Assembly (NCBI GenBank): GCA_963704165.1
Contig: CAVPHD010000007.1
Coordinates: forward strand, 32,001-96,000
Reading direction: 5' to 3'
DNA from: an uncultured delta proteobacterium
Lineage (GTDB): Bacteria > Myxococcota_A > UBA9160 > SZUA-336
DNA: 64,000 nucleotides
Below, one piece after another: positions 38,897-49,564 of the stretch (its first letter is position 1; the number at the start of each line of letters is the position of its first letter). The notes under the pieces were generated by a model that ran no database searches, was not told the DNA's origin, and saw only the letters and a program-made list of their open reading frames with translations. Position numbers and translations under genes: made by a program.

Positions 38897-40729
38897 ATGG
38901 CGGGAATCCTGCGCGCGACGCTCGGTGCCACCGCCCTGTTCGTCCTGATCGGCTGCGCACAGCTCGAAGGCCTGACCGACAAGCTCCGCAGCGGTTCGGA
39001 CACGGGGGCGGGCCGCTCCTACCCCGTGGTGCCGGTTTCGCCCGCGGCCGAAGCCGGTGCCGCGTTCATGCACGGTCGCGCGCTCGAGCTCGATGGCAAG
39101 CTGCTCGAGGCCGCCGAATCGTACGAGCACGCCGCGCGTCTCGACCCGAACGCGCCGGAGCTGCAGCGCGCGCTCGCGCAGGTCTGGGTGGCGGCGGGTG
39201 AGCCGGAGCGCGCACTCGGGTATGCCGAGCGCGCACTCGAGCTCGATCCGGACGACCTCGAGCTGCGTTCGGGCCTCGCGACGCTCTACGTGCGCATGCG
39301 GAAGTACGATCGCGCCGTCGAGCTACTCGAGCCGCTCTTCGACGGGGGAGAGCTCAACGAAGAGGGCTCGTTCACGCTCTTCACGCTCTACCTGAATCTC
39401 GAACGAGTCGACGGCGCGAAGCGCGTGGCGGAGCGATTGATCGCGACCTCGCCCGAGGACGTCCGCGGCTATCTCGCGCTCGGTGCGGTCCAGGAGCGCG
39501 AGGGAGAGCCCGCTCTCGCGGAGAAGACCTACCGTGCGGGACTCGCGATCGATCCGGAGCAGCCGTCGCTCTTCGAGGCGATGGCCCGACTGCGCCGTTC
39601 GCAGAAGGACGTGAAGGGCGAGCTCGCGGTGCAGAAGGAACGCCTCGCGGCCATCCCGGGAGACCCGGCCGCGCTGATGCGAATCGCGCAGATCCAAGAG
39701 GACGCAGGCGAGCGGGATGCCGCGACGCGCACGCTCGAGACGCTGGTGGCGGGCCACCCCGAGCTGGCCGGCCCGCAGTTCCGTCTCGGCCTGTTCTACT
39801 ACGAAGCCGGACGCTACGACGACGCGATCGACCGCTTCCAGGCGGTCGCGCGAAGCGGCGCCGGGGGTGGGGACGGCGATCCGGAGCGTTACGAGAACGA
39901 GGTCCGCTACTTCATCGGGCTCGTGCACGTCGAGGCGGGGCGGAGCGACGCGGCGCTCGCCGAGTTCGAACAGGTGCCGCAGAGCTCGCCGCGCTTCGTC
40001 GATGCGCGCACGGCGATGGGGCGGATCTGGGAACGGCGCAAGGACTGGCAGCGCACGACGACGGAGCTCAAGCGCGCGATCGCCGCGGCCCCCGACAATC
40101 TCTCGCTTCAGGTCTACCTCGCCGGCGTGCAGCAGCGGAGCGGCGATCTGCCGGGCGCGGTGGCGATCATGGAGACGCTGATCCGCGCGAATCCGGACAA
40201 GGCCGATCTGTACTACGACCTCGGCGTCGTCTACGGGGAGGCCGGTGAACGCGATCGCTCGCTCGAGCTGATGCACAAGGTGCTCGAGATCGAGCCCGAC
40301 AACGCCAGCGCCCTGAATTACGTCGGCTACACCTGGGCGGAACATGGTGAGCGGCTCGACGAGGCCGAACGAATGATCCGGCGCGCGATCGCGCTCAAGC
40401 CCGAGGACGGCTACATCACCGACAGTCTCGGCTGGCTGTTCTACCAGCGCGGCCTGAAGCAGGAAGCCGCCGGAGAGAGCGACGCCGCGAGGAGCTCCTT
40501 CAACGCCGCGCGCGCGCAGCTCGAGCACGCGCTGGAGCTCCTCGAAAAGGATGATCCGGTGATCACCTGGCACCTCGGCGACGCGTACCGCTCGCTCGCG
40601 CGATTCGAGGACGCGCTCGTCACCTACGAGCGTGCGCTCACGCTCGAGCCGGAAGAAGACGACGCCGCGAAGATCCAGCGCGAGATCGAGATCCTGCAGC
40701 GCAAGCTCCGCGGCGCCAAGCGGGAGTGA
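38897..40729 (+). CDS. TPR-repeat lipoprotein
   Basis: Lipobox LIGC, many TPRs, ALNYVGY...DSLGW...HLGD; alternative TTG start at 38867. Confidence 0.88.
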   Translation: MAGILRATLGATALFVLIGCAQLEGLTDKLRSGSDTGAGRSYPVVPVSPAAEAGAAFMHGRALELDGKLLEAAESYEHAARLDPNAPELQRALAQVWVAAGEPERALGYAERALELDPDDLELRSGLATLYVRMRKYDRAVELLEPLFDGGELNEEGSFTLFTLYLNLERVDGAKRVAERLIATSPEDVRGYLALGAVQEREGEPALAEKTYRAGLAIDPEQPSLFEAMARLRRSQKDVKGELAVQKERLAAIPGDPAALMRIAQIQEDAGERDAATRTLETLVAGHPELAGPQFRLGLFYYEAGRYDDAIDRFQAVARSGAGGGDGDPERYENEVRYFIGLVHVEAGRSDAALAEFEQVPQSSPRFVDARTAMGRIWERRKDWQRTTTELKRAIAAAPDNLSLQVYLAGVQQRSGDLPGAVAIMETLIRANPDKADLYYDLGVVYGEAGERDRSLELMHKVLEIEPDNASALNYVGYTWAEHGERLDEAERMIRRAIALKPEDGYITDSLGWLFYQRGLKQEAAGESDAARSSFNAARAQLEHALELLEKDDPVITWHLGDAYRSLARFEDALVTYERALTLEPEEDDAAKIQREIEILQRKLRGAKRE

Positions 40730-41484
40730 AGGCGCGTCGGTTCACGCTTCGGGCCTCGGGCGCGCTCGCATGTCTGCTGGTCTCGGCGTGCATCTCTTCT
40801 CGGGGTGTCCCGTCCTTTCAATCGGTCGCCGGCGAGGACGAGGCGGTGCGCGGTCTCGTCGAGCGCGCGGTCCGCGATGCGGACGAGCGCCGGACGCTTC
40901 GCGCGGTGGGCAAGCTTCGCGTCACGGGTCCGCGCGGTTCGGGCAGCATCAAGCAGGTGATCCTGGTCGAGCGGCCCGCCCGACTGCGGCTCGAGAGCCT
41001 GAACGTCCTGGGCCAGGCCGCGACGGTCCTGGTGACGGACGGCGAGCGTTACGCGTTCTTCGACGGGAAGACGATCGACGACGGCGAGGTTTCGGCCGAG
41101 ATCCTGCACGATCGGCTCGGTCTCGCCTTCGCGCCCGCCGAAGCGGCCGCCGCGTTGCTCGCGAGCCCCAAGCCGGTCTCGTGGCCCGCGCGGTCGATCC
41201 GCGCGCGCGGTTCCGAGCGCGAGGTCCTGTTCGCCGACCAGAGCCTCCGATTCGGCGTCGATGGCGAGCTCTCCGAGATCGAGTCGCTCGACGCATCGGG
41301 TGCGGTCGAGTGGACCGCGCACTACGCGACGTGGCGGGAAGTGCCCGGCGGCCGCTATCCGTTCACCGTGGTGCTCTCGTTTCCGGAAACCCGACTTCGC
41401 GCCGAGCTCGAGCTCTCCGCGGTCGAGCTGAATCCACCGATCGAGGCGAGCCTGTTCCGCGTCTCGCGGGGCGCGCCTCGGTGA
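40726..41484 (+). CDS. LolB-like/DUF4292-type lipoprotein
   Basis: Lipobox [12 protein letters not shown], beta-rich; follows the TPR lipoprotein gene. Confidence 0.6.
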   Translation: MKARRFTLRASGALACLLVSACISSRGVPSFQSVAGEDEAVRGLVERAVRDADERRTLRAVGKLRVTGPRGSGSIKQVILVERPARLRLESLNVLGQAATVLVTDGERYAFFDGKTIDDGEVSAEILHDRLGLAFAPAEAAAALLASPKPVSWPARSIRARGSEREVLFADQSLRFGVDGELSEIESLDASGAVEWTAHYATWREVPGGRYPFTVVLSFPETRLRAELELSAVELNPPIEASLFRVSRGAPR

Positions 41485-42473
41485 GCGAACCGGTGCTCGC
41501 GCTGCGTGGTCTGCGCACCAGCTTCGACACGAAGCGCGGTCGGTTTCCGGCGGTCGATCGGATCGACCTCGAGCTCTTCGCCGGCGAGACCCTCGGCGTC
41601 GTCGGGGAGTCGGGCTGCGGGAAGTCGGTGACGGCGCTCTCGATCCTGCGGCTTCTGCCCCAGCCCCCCGCGTCGATCGAGGCCGGGGAGATCCTCTTCG
41701 AGGGACGCGACCTGCTCCGGCTCTCGGACGAGGAGATGCGCCGCATCCGCGGCAACCGGATCGCGATGATCTTCCAGGAGCCGATGACCTGCCTCAACCC
41801 GGTGTTCCGGATCGGCGACCAGATCGGCGAGGCGCTCACCGTACACCGAGCGTTGTCGCGCACGGAGCGCGACGCGCGCGTGATCGAGCTGCTCGAGCTG
41901 GTCGGCATATCCGAGCCCCACAAGCGCGCGCGCGACTACCCTCATCAGCTCTCGGGCGGGATGCGCCAGCGCGTGATGATCGCGATGGCGCTCGCGAACG
42001 ATCCGGCGGTGCTGATCGCGGACGAGCCGACGACCGCGCTCGACGTGACGATCCAGGCGCAGATCCTCGATCTTCTCGAAACGCTGAAGAAGCGCTTCGC
42101 GATGGCGGTGCTCTTGATCACGCACGACCTCGGGATCGTGGCCGAGAGCGCGGAACGCCTGGCCGTGCTGTACGCGGGGCGCGTGGTCGAGACCGGAACG
42201 GTGCTCGAGATCTTCGCCGCGCCGCGGCACCCGTACACGGCTGGCCTGCTCGCTGCGCTGCCCTCGGCCCGCACGCGTCCGGGCGAGCCGCTGCACGTGA
42301 TCGCGGGCCGGGTGCCCGATCTGGTCTCGCGCCCGACCGGCTGCAGCTTCCGCGAACGCTGCTCCCGCGCGCTCGAGGTCTGCGCGGAGCGCGATCCCGT
42401 CCTCGCGCGCGTGGCCGCGGGCCATCAGGTCGCGTGTCACAATCCGGTGTCGCAGAGCGAGGCGCGTTCGTGA
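41481..42473 (+). CDS. oppD: Oligopeptide ABC transporter ATPase (OppD/DppD)
   Basis: [25 protein letters not shown]-terminal Cys motif. Confidence 0.88.
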   Translation: MSEPVLALRGLRTSFDTKRGRFPAVDRIDLELFAGETLGVVGESGCGKSVTALSILRLLPQPPASIEAGEILFEGRDLLRLSDEEMRRIRGNRIAMIFQEPMTCLNPVFRIGDQIGEALTVHRALSRTERDARVIELLELVGISEPHKRARDYPHQLSGGMRQRVMIAMALANDPAVLIADEPTTALDVTIQAQILDLLETLKKRFAMAVLLITHDLGIVAESAERLAVLYAGRVVETGTVLEIFAAPRHPYTAGLLAALPSARTRPGEPLHVIAGRVPDLVSRPTGCSFRERCSRALEVCAERDPVLARVAAGHQVACHNPVSQSEARS

Positions 42474-43438
42474 CTGCACCGCTGCTGCAGATCCGCGCGC
42501 TGCGAAAGAGCTTCCCGGTCGGCGGGGGCGGCTTCGGGCGTCGTCCGCGTCTGGTCGCCGTGGACGACGTCGATCTCGACGTCGGCGGCGGGGAGACCGT
42601 CGGGCTCGTCGGCGAGTCGGGCTGCGGGAAGTCCACGCTCGCGCGGCTCGCGCTGCGCCTGATCGAGCCCGATTCCGGTGAGATCCGCTTCGAGGATCGA
42701 GACCTGCGCGCGCTCGGACGCCGCGACCTACGGAACATGCGCCGGCGCATGCAGATCGTCTTCCAGGATCCGTTCGCCTCGCTGAATCCGCGAATGACGG
42801 TGGCCGAGACGATCGCCGAGGGGCTGCGCGTGCACGGGCTCGCGCGGGGAGTCGACCGGGAACGACGCGTCGCGGAGCTGCTCGAGATCGTCGGGCTCGC
42901 ACCGGAGCACGCGGGCCGGTATCCGCACGAATTCAGCGGCGGACAACGGCAGCGGATCGGAATCGCCCGCGCGCTCGCGCTCGAGCCGCGCCTGATCGTC
43001 GCCGACGAGCCGGTGTCGTCGCTCGACGTCTCGATCCAGGCGCAGATCTTGAACCTCCTGCTCGACCTGCAGAAGCGTTTCGGCCTCGCGTATCTGTTCA
43101 TCTCGCACGATCTGCGCGTCGTGCGGCACCTGTCGAGGCGGGTCGCCGTCATGTACCTCGGCCGGATCGTCGAGTACGGTCCCGCCGAGGCGCTCTACGA
43201 TCGCCCGCAGCATCCCTACACCGAGGCGTTGCTCTCGGCGGTGCCGGTGCCCGATCCGACCCGCGAGCAGCGCCGCATCGTGCTCTCGGGCGATGTGCCG
43301 AGCCCGATCGCGCCTCCGCCCGGCTGTCCGTTTCACCCGCGGTGTCCAAAGGCGGTCGCGCAGTGCGCGACCGAGCGGCCCGCGTTGCGCGAGGTCGCGT
43401 CGCAGCACGTCACGGCCTGTCACCTTGCACCGTTCTGA
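42470..43438 (+). CDS. oppF: Oligopeptide ABC transporter ATPase (OppF/DppF)
   Basis: [28 protein letters not shown]. Confidence 0.88.
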   Translation: MTAPLLQIRALRKSFPVGGGGFGRRPRLVAVDDVDLDVGGGETVGLVGESGCGKSTLARLALRLIEPDSGEIRFEDRDLRALGRRDLRNMRRRMQIVFQDPFASLNPRMTVAETIAEGLRVHGLARGVDRERRVAELLEIVGLAPEHAGRYPHEFSGGQRQRIGIARALALEPRLIVADEPVSSLDVSIQAQILNLLLDLQKRFGLAYLFISHDLRVVRHLSRRVAVMYLGRIVEYGPAEALYDRPQHPYTEALLSAVPVPDPTREQRRIVLSGDVPSPIAPPPGCPFHPRCPKAVAQCATERPALREVASQHVTACHLAPF

Positions 43439-43472
43439 CCCGTAGCGAATCGAATCGGAGGAGAAAGACAAG

Positions 43473-43799
43473 ATGCGCGTCGAATACAGCTTCGACCTGA
43501 ACAAGGTCGACATCCCGTACTTCTCGGTGGAGAGCATGGAGGGCCCCGAGAAGTTGTTCCGTCTCGTGACCCTCGTGATGAACGTGCTCTTCATCCGTCC
43601 GCGCGTGGACGTGATCTTCCACAGCCCGAACAAGGACGATCTGCCCAAGAAGATCGCGGCGTTCGAGTCCATCGTGAAGAGCGCGCCGAACACGCCCGCG
43701 CTCGAGTTCCGCGAGGGCGCGAGCGGGTCACTCGCGAGCTCCTACTACCGCTGGGTTAGCATCCACGCCAAAGGTGGGAGCGGCGAAGGCTCTCGTTGA
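43473..43799 (+). CDS. Hypothetical protein, 108 aa
   Basis: GGAGGAG RBS, strong codon bias, non-shadow composition. Confidence 0.7.
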   Translation: MRVEYSFDLNKVDIPYFSVESMEGPEKLFRLVTLVMNVLFIRPRVDVIFHSPNKDDLPKKIAAFESIVKSAPNTPALEFREGASGSLASSYYRWVSIHAKGGSGEGSR

Positions 43800-45012
43800 T
43801 CGCGTCGCGTCGCAGTCGCTCGGGGTCGTCGGGGTACTCGCTCTCGGCGAGGTAGCGCGCGAGCGCCGCCTCTCGGAGCGCCCCCGGCACCTCGTCGGGC
43901 AGCGCGGCGTTGAGCTGCGCGAGGTTCTTCACGCGCCGGCGCCGCGAGACCCGTGCGCCGAAACGCACGCGTCCGTAATCGAGAAGGCGCGGCTCCTGCC
44001 CCGGCGACCAGACGATGTTGTTCGCCTTCAGGTCCGCGTGGTAGATCCCGCGCCGGTGAAGCCGCGCCAGGAGTGATCCGAGCCGCGCGGCGAGCTCGTC
44101 GCGTGCCGAAGCATCGGCGTTCGGCAAGTCGCTTCGCACCCAGGCGTCGAGCGCCCGGCCCGCGTCCTCCATCACGAGCCAACGCCCGACCCAGGCGAGC
44201 GCGCGTCCGGTCGCGATGCCGCGTGCCTCGAGACCGCATCCACCGAGCCAGGCCTTGCGCGCCTCGCGCGCGGTCTCGTGCTGCTTCAGGACCCAGGCGC
44301 CGCTGCGGAACAGGCGGGTCTTGGGCGTGTCCTTGAACGCGGAGTCGGGGTCGAGTTCCGAGAGCGCCTGCCGCAGTCGTCGCTCGTCGGTGTCGCGTCG
44401 GCGGAAGCCGGACTGCCCTCCGAAGTCGAACGCGGTGAAGCTTCCGCTCTCGATCACGCAGCGGCGACTTCGGCTGCGCCAGTGGGTCCGTGCACGGCGG
44501 TCGCGCCAGAAGCGGACGTGCGCGAGCTCGCGGGGCAGCGGCTCACCGAGCGAGTAGGCCAGATACCCGAGCTCGAAGCGACGCACCACGGCCGGAACCC
44601 AGGGCAGGAAGCGCGTCCGCTGCAGATCGAGAAACACGATCCGGTCCGATTCGACGAGCAGATTGCCCAGATGCAGATCGCCGTGGACCAGACCGCGCTC
44701 GTGGGCATCCGCGGTGGCCTCGAGGATCGCGCCGAGATCCGAGCGCGCGGCCGGGCGCGCATTCGCGAGGAAGCGCGTCGCGTTCCAGTCGTCCCCGGAT
44801 CCGATCAGCTCGGGAACGGGAATGTCGCGTTCGCGGGCCTTCGCGAGTGCGCGCGCCTCGCGTGCGGCGTTCTCGGGACGCTCGAGAAAGACCTTCAGCA
44901 GCGCATCCCCCGCACGCGCCACGACGCGCGCGGAGTTGCGCTTCAGCACGGTGACGCCGGTCGGTGTCGTTCCGGAACCAAGACTCGCGGCGACCTCTTC
45001 GAGCCCGCTCAT
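43756..45012 (-). CDS. Lipopolysaccharide kinase (Kdo/WaaP/InaA family), tandem kinase domains
   Basis: HGDLHLGN..FLD and HADLKANN..LLD. Confidence 0.75.
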   Translation of the reverse strand: MSGLEEVAASLGSGTTPTGVTVLKRNSARVVARAGDALLKVFLERPENAAREARALAKARERDIPVPELIGSGDDWNATRFLANARPAARSDLGAILEATADAHERGLVHGDLHLGNLLVESDRIVFLDLQRTRFLPWVPAVVRRFELGYLAYSLGEPLPRELAHVRFWRDRRARTHWRSRSRRCVIESGSFTAFDFGGQSGFRRRDTDERRLRQALSELDPDSAFKDTPKTRLFRSGAWVLKQHETAREARKAWLGGCGLEARGIATGRALAWVGRWLVMEDAGRALDAWVRSDLPNADASARDELAARLGSLLARLHRRGIYHADLKANNIVWSPGQEPRLLDYGRVRFGARVSRRRRVKNLAQLNAALPDEVPGALREAALARYLAESEYPDDPERLRRDAINESLRRSHLWRGC

Positions 45013-46109
45013 GTGCCCGCTTGCAGGCTCGACCAGAGCGCGAGCACCCGGTCCGCGTAGGCGCTCCACGAGTGGCGTTCGGCGGTCTCTCGTGCCGCGG
45101 CGCCGAGCTTGTGCAGGCGCTCGACGTCGGAGAGCGCAGCGAAGGCCGGCGCGAAATCCTCGTCGAGGACGAACCCGTTCTCTCCGGGAACGACGAGCTC
45201 GGCGGAGCCGGCTTGGGGAGTGGTCGCGACCCCGGTTCCGCAGGCCATCGCCTCGATCACCGCCATGCCGAACGTGTCGTAGCGGGTCGGCAGCACCAGC
45301 AGATCCGCTGCGGCGCAGAGCGCGGCGGGGTCGCTCCGCGAACCCAGAAAGCGCACGCGCTCCGCGATCCCGAGGCTCGAGGCCATGCGTCGCCAGGGTG
45401 CGGGGTCGTCGCCGCCCGCGACCAGAAGCGTCGCCGGAACTCCGGACGCGGCGAGACCGGCGAGGGCCCGATCGAGGCCCTTGCGCCGGAATCCGGCGCC
45501 GAGGAACAGCACGACCGGTCCCTCGAGCGAGAGCTCGCGGCGGACGGCCGCGCCCGAGCGTTCGCGCTCGCGCGGGTGGAAGGTCTCGAGATCGACACCG
45601 TTGTGGATCACCGTGCAGCGCGCGGGCTCGATGCCGTAGCGGCGGATGATCTCGTCGGCGACGAAGCGCGAGTTGCACAGCAAGAGCTGGCTGCGGTCCC
45701 GGAAGACCGCCTCTTCGATCGAGAGGAGCACGCGATGTCGCGGGGAGAGCCAGGCCCGCAGGCGAGGCCAGGCATAGACGCTCTCCATGTACGCCGCGTG
45801 GCTGCCGCCGCCGGTCCGGTACACATCCTGGTGACGCGTGCGTGAGAAGGCCTGCACGACGTCGAATCGGCCCGATCGGCTCGCACGCGAAGCGCGCCGC
45901 GAGAACTCGAGCACGCGCAACGGCTGCCAGAACCTCGGGCCGCCGAGTGTCTCGACGCGTACGCCCGGAAGCGTCTCTCGCGTCGCCGTGCGACAGATCA
46001 CGGTGAGGTCCACGCCACGCCGGCCGAGCTCGCGCGCGAGCTGCCACGCCACGCCCTCGACGCCGCCGGGGCCGGGTCGAAAGCTCTCGATCGTGATCGC
46101 AGCGCGCAC
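45009..46109 (-). CDS. GT4 glycosyltransferase (WaaG-like)
   Basis: GGVE, HNGVD, RKGL, YDTFGMAVIEAMACG. Confidence 0.88.
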   Translation of the reverse strand: MRAAITIESFRPGPGGVEGVAWQLARELGRRGVDLTVICRTATRETLPGVRVETLGGPRFWQPLRVLEFSRRASRASRSGRFDVVQAFSRTRHQDVYRTGGGSHAAYMESVYAWPRLRAWLSPRHRVLLSIEEAVFRDRSQLLLCNSRFVADEIIRRYGIEPARCTVIHNGVDLETFHPRERERSGAAVRRELSLEGPVVLFLGAGFRRKGLDRALAGLAASGVPATLLVAGGDDPAPWRRMASSLGIAERVRFLGSRSDPAALCAAADLLVLPTRYDTFGMAVIEAMACGTGVATTPQAGSAELVVPGENGFVLDEDFAPAFAALSDVERLHKLGAAARETAERHSWSAYADRVLALWSSLQAGT

Positions 46110-46160
46110 CGCCGGAGGGTAGCGTGGCGGTCCCGTGCTTTCCCCGGTACCTGATCGCCC

Positions 46161-47735
46161 ATGCCGGAGGTTCGCAGCAGGGCAGGGTCGCTCGCGCTCT
46201 GCGCGCTCTTCGTGTGGACCGGGTTCGGCTGCGGGCGTGAACAGGCCGCGCCCGCGATCCGCGAACTCCGCATCAATCTCGAGACCGAACCGCCTTCGCT
46301 CGACTGGAGCCTCGCGACCGATGGTGTTTCGATCATCGCGATCCAACAGCTGATGCGCGGCCTGACGCGACTCGGCGCAGATCTCCGGCCCGAGCCCGAC
46401 CTGGCGGAGAGCTGGTCGGTCTCGGCCGATGGCCGCACCTACACCTTCGCGCTGCGCCCCGGCGTCGTCTGGAGCGACGGCGTTCCGCTTCGCGCACAGC
46501 ACTTCGTCGACGGCTGGCTGCGACTGCTCGCGCCCGCGACGGCCGCGGAGTACGCCTACTTCCTGTTTCCCGTGAAGAACGCGCGCGCCTACAACGCCGG
46601 GACGATCGACGACGCCGCAGAGGTCGGCGTGCGGGCCCGTGGCGACGCGACGCTCGAGGTCGAGCTCGAGGCGCCGATCGTCTACTTCCCGGCGCTGCTG
46701 AACTTCATGGTGACGTTCCCGCAGCGCCGGGATCTGATCGAACGCCACGGTGACCACTGGACCGAGCCACCGAATCTGGTCTCGCTCGGACCCTTCGTGC
46801 TCGAGGAGTGGCGCCACGAGTATCGCCTCGTGCTGCGCGCAAACGAGCGCTACTGGGAGGGTCGTCCCGCGCTCGACCGGATCGTCGCCTACATGGTCGA
46901 GGAGGACAGCACGGCGCTCGTGCTCTGGGAGCAGGGGCTGATCGATCTGGTCAAGCTGCCGCCGCTCGAGATCCGCCGCTACGAGAAGCGTCCGGAGTAT
47001 CTCCGCCAGCCGCTCCTGCGCGGCTACTACTACGGCTTCGACGTCCGCACGCCTCCCTTCGACGACGCTCGCGTGCGACGCGCGTTCGCGCTCGCGATCG
47101 ACCGCGCGGATTTCCCGGCGCTCCTGCGCGGGGGCGAGCAGCCCTGGCCCTCGTGGATCCCACCGGGCATGCCGCACGCGAACGCGGCGATCGGCCTGGG
47201 CTTCGATCCCGAGCGCGCCCGCGCGCTGCTGCGCGAGGCGGGCCTCGATCCGTCGACGCTCCCGCCGGTGCGGATCGTCTTCAACAGCGACCAGACGCAC
47301 AAGCTCGTCGCGGAGCGGGTGCAGGCGCTCTGGCGTGAGCACCTCGGCGTTCGCGTCGAGCTCGTGAATCGCGAGTGGAAGGTCTTCCTGAAGGAGCTCT
47401 CGTCCAACCCACCGCCGGTCTTCCGTCTGGGCTGGGGGGCGGATTTCCCCGACCCCGACAACTTCATGAATCTGTTCACGTCCTACAGCGAGAACAACCA
47501 CACCGGTTGGGCGAACCCGGTCTTCGACGAGCTCGTCGAGCGCGCTTCCCGCGAGGCCGATCCGGCGGAGCGCCGGGATCTCTACGACCGCGCGCAACGA
47601 ATCCTGTGCGAGCAGGACGTGCCGATCATTCCGCTCTTCGTGACGGCTTCGAACTACGCGGTCGCGCGGCGGGTTCGCGGCTTCGTGCCCACGGCGATGG
47701 ACCAGTATTTCTTCGACCGGGTGTCGGTCGAGTGA
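46161..47735 (+). CDS. oppA: Oligopeptide ABC substrate-binding lipoprotein
   Basis: Lipobox GFGC, PDLAESW, WSDG, GWGADFPDP. Confidence 0.88.
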   Translation: MPEVRSRAGSLALCALFVWTGFGCGREQAAPAIRELRINLETEPPSLDWSLATDGVSIIAIQQLMRGLTRLGADLRPEPDLAESWSVSADGRTYTFALRPGVVWSDGVPLRAQHFVDGWLRLLAPATAAEYAYFLFPVKNARAYNAGTIDDAAEVGVRARGDATLEVELEAPIVYFPALLNFMVTFPQRRDLIERHGDHWTEPPNLVSLGPFVLEEWRHEYRLVLRANERYWEGRPALDRIVAYMVEEDSTALVLWEQGLIDLVKLPPLEIRRYEKRPEYLRQPLLRGYYYGFDVRTPPFDDARVRRAFALAIDRADFPALLRGGEQPWPSWIPPGMPHANAAIGLGFDPERARALLREAGLDPSTLPPVRIVFNSDQTHKLVAERVQALWREHLGVRVELVNREWKVFLKELSSNPPPVFRLGWGADFPDPDNFMNLFTSYSENNHTGWANPVFDELVERASREADPAERRDLYDRAQRILCEQDVPIIPLFVTASNYAVARRVRGFVPTAMDQYFFDRVSVE

Positions 47736-48661
47736 TTCGCTACGTCGCCGGCCGACTGCTCGCGGGCGTGACCGTGTTGTGGGTGGTCGCGACGCTCACG
47801 TTCGCGCTCCTGCGATTCCTGCCGGGCGGCCCCTTCGACAAGGAGAAGACCCTTCCGCCGGAGATCCTGCGCAACCTCGAACGCCGCTACGCGCTCGACG
47901 GAACGTTCGCGGAGCAGTACGTCGATTACCTCGGTCGGATCGTCCGCGGCGATCTCGGCCCGTCGTACAAGTACCTCGGTCGCGACGTGCGCGACATCCT
48001 GTCCGACGCGCTGCCGGTTTCGGTCGAGCTCGGACTGCTCGCGCTCGCGATCGCGCTCGCCGGTGGCCTCACGCTCGGACTCGCGGCCGGCGCGCGGCGG
48101 GGGACGGCGATCGATCGCTCGGTCGGCATCGCGTCACTCGTCGGTGTGTCGGCGCCGAGCTTCGTGATCGGCGCGGTTCTGATCCTCGTCGTCGGGCTCG
48201 GGCTCGACTGGCTTCCGGCCGGACTCTGGGAGGGGCCGCAGCACGCGATTCTGCCCGCGATCACGCTCGCCGCGCTGCCGCTCGCCTACATCACGCAGCT
48301 GACCCGCGCGCAGGTCGTTGCGGTGATCGACCAGGACTACGTGCGCACCGCGCGCGCGAAGGGCGTTCCGGAGGGTCGCGTGCGACGTCACCACGTCCTG
48401 CGCAACGCACTGCTCGCAGTGCTGACCTATTTCGGCCCGCTTCTCGCGATCCTGCTCACGGGCTCGTTCGTGGTCGAGAAGATCTACGCGATCCCGGGCA
48501 TGGGCCGGTTCTTCGTCACGGCGGTGACGAACCGCGACTACCCGCTCGTTCTCGGCGTGACGCTGATCTACTCGGCGCTCGTCGTGACGTCGAACCTGGT
48601 CGTGGACGTGCTCTATGCCTGGCTCGATCCGCGCATTCGCGTGAACGGGGACGAGCGGTGA
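47732..48661 (+). CDS. oppB: Oligopeptide ABC permease
   Basis: PGGPF, GDLGPS, TARAKG, NRDYP. Confidence 0.9.
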   Translation: MIRYVAGRLLAGVTVLWVVATLTFALLRFLPGGPFDKEKTLPPEILRNLERRYALDGTFAEQYVDYLGRIVRGDLGPSYKYLGRDVRDILSDALPVSVELGLLALAIALAGGLTLGLAAGARRGTAIDRSVGIASLVGVSAPSFVIGAVLILVVGLGLDWLPAGLWEGPQHAILPAITLAALPLAYITQLTRAQVVAVIDQDYVRTARAKGVPEGRVRRHHVLRNALLAVLTYFGPLLAILLTGSFVVEKIYAIPGMGRFFVTAVTNRDYPLVLGVTLIYSALVVTSNLVVDVLYAWLDPRIRVNGDER

Positions 48662-49500
48662 CGGGATCTGGGCTCTCGGGCGCGATCGGTGCGCTCCTGA
48701 TCGCCGGACTCGTCGGGTTGGCGCTCGCGGGCGACCGCGTTGCGGGCGCTCGCTTCGACGCGCAGGACTCGGCCCACGCACTGGAGGCGCCGACGCGGGC
48801 GCACTGGTTCGGCACCGACGCGCTCGGCCGCGATCTGCTCGCCCGCGTGACCGAGGGGGCACGCGTTTCACTGCTCGTCGCGGTCGGCGCGACGTCGCTC
48901 GCGCTCGTCATCGGCCTCGCGTACGGACTCCTCGCCGGTTGGGTCGGCGGTCGCGTCGACGGCTGGATGATGCGCGCGGTCGACATCGTCTACGCGCTGC
49001 CCGACGTGCTCGTGATCGTGCTCTTGATCGAAGTGCTTCAGGGCACCCTCGTCGGCGTTCCCGACATCGCGCGTCGGATCGCCGCGCTCGTCGTCGCGCT
49101 GGGCTTCGTGGGCTGGGTCGGGATTGCGAGGCTCGTGCGGGCGCTCGTGCTCCAGGCGCGCGAAGAGGTCTGGGTCGAAGCCGCGCGCGCGCTCGGGCTG
49201 CGCAACCGGCGCATCCTGCTCCGTCACGTGCTGCCCAACGTGGCGGGGCCGATCCTCGTCGCGGCCGCGTTCCAGATCCCGGCGGCGATCCTGGCCGAAT
49301 CGACGCTCTCCTTCATCGGACTCGGCATCCAGCCGCCCTTCTCGAGCTGGGGAACGCTCGCGAGCGATGGCTTCGAAGCCATGCGCTCGTATCCGCATCT
49401 CATCCTCTTCCCGTGTCTCGCGATCCTGCTCGCTCTCGTCGGCTTCCATCTCCTCGGAGAGATGCTTCGCGGGGCGCTGGATCCGCGAAACCGCGCGTAG
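48658..49500 (+). CDS. oppC: Oligopeptide ABC permease
   Basis: HWFGTDALGRD, EAARALG, ESTLSFIGLG. Confidence 0.9.
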   Translation: MTGSGLSGAIGALLIAGLVGLALAGDRVAGARFDAQDSAHALEAPTRAHWFGTDALGRDLLARVTEGARVSLLVAVGATSLALVIGLAYGLLAGWVGGRVDGWMMRAVDIVYALPDVLVIVLLIEVLQGTLVGVPDIARRIAALVVALGFVGWVGIARLVRALVLQAREEVWVEAARALGLRNRRILLRHVLPNVAGPILVAAAFQIPAAILAESTLSFIGLGIQPPFSSWGTLASDGFEAMRSYPHLILFPCLAILLALVGFHLLGEMLRGALDPRNRA

Positions 49501-49564
49501 CGCGCGTGCGCTACGCTTGCCCAACGAATCGCGCGAGTTAAAACTCCCGCCGCCTGCTGCAGAC

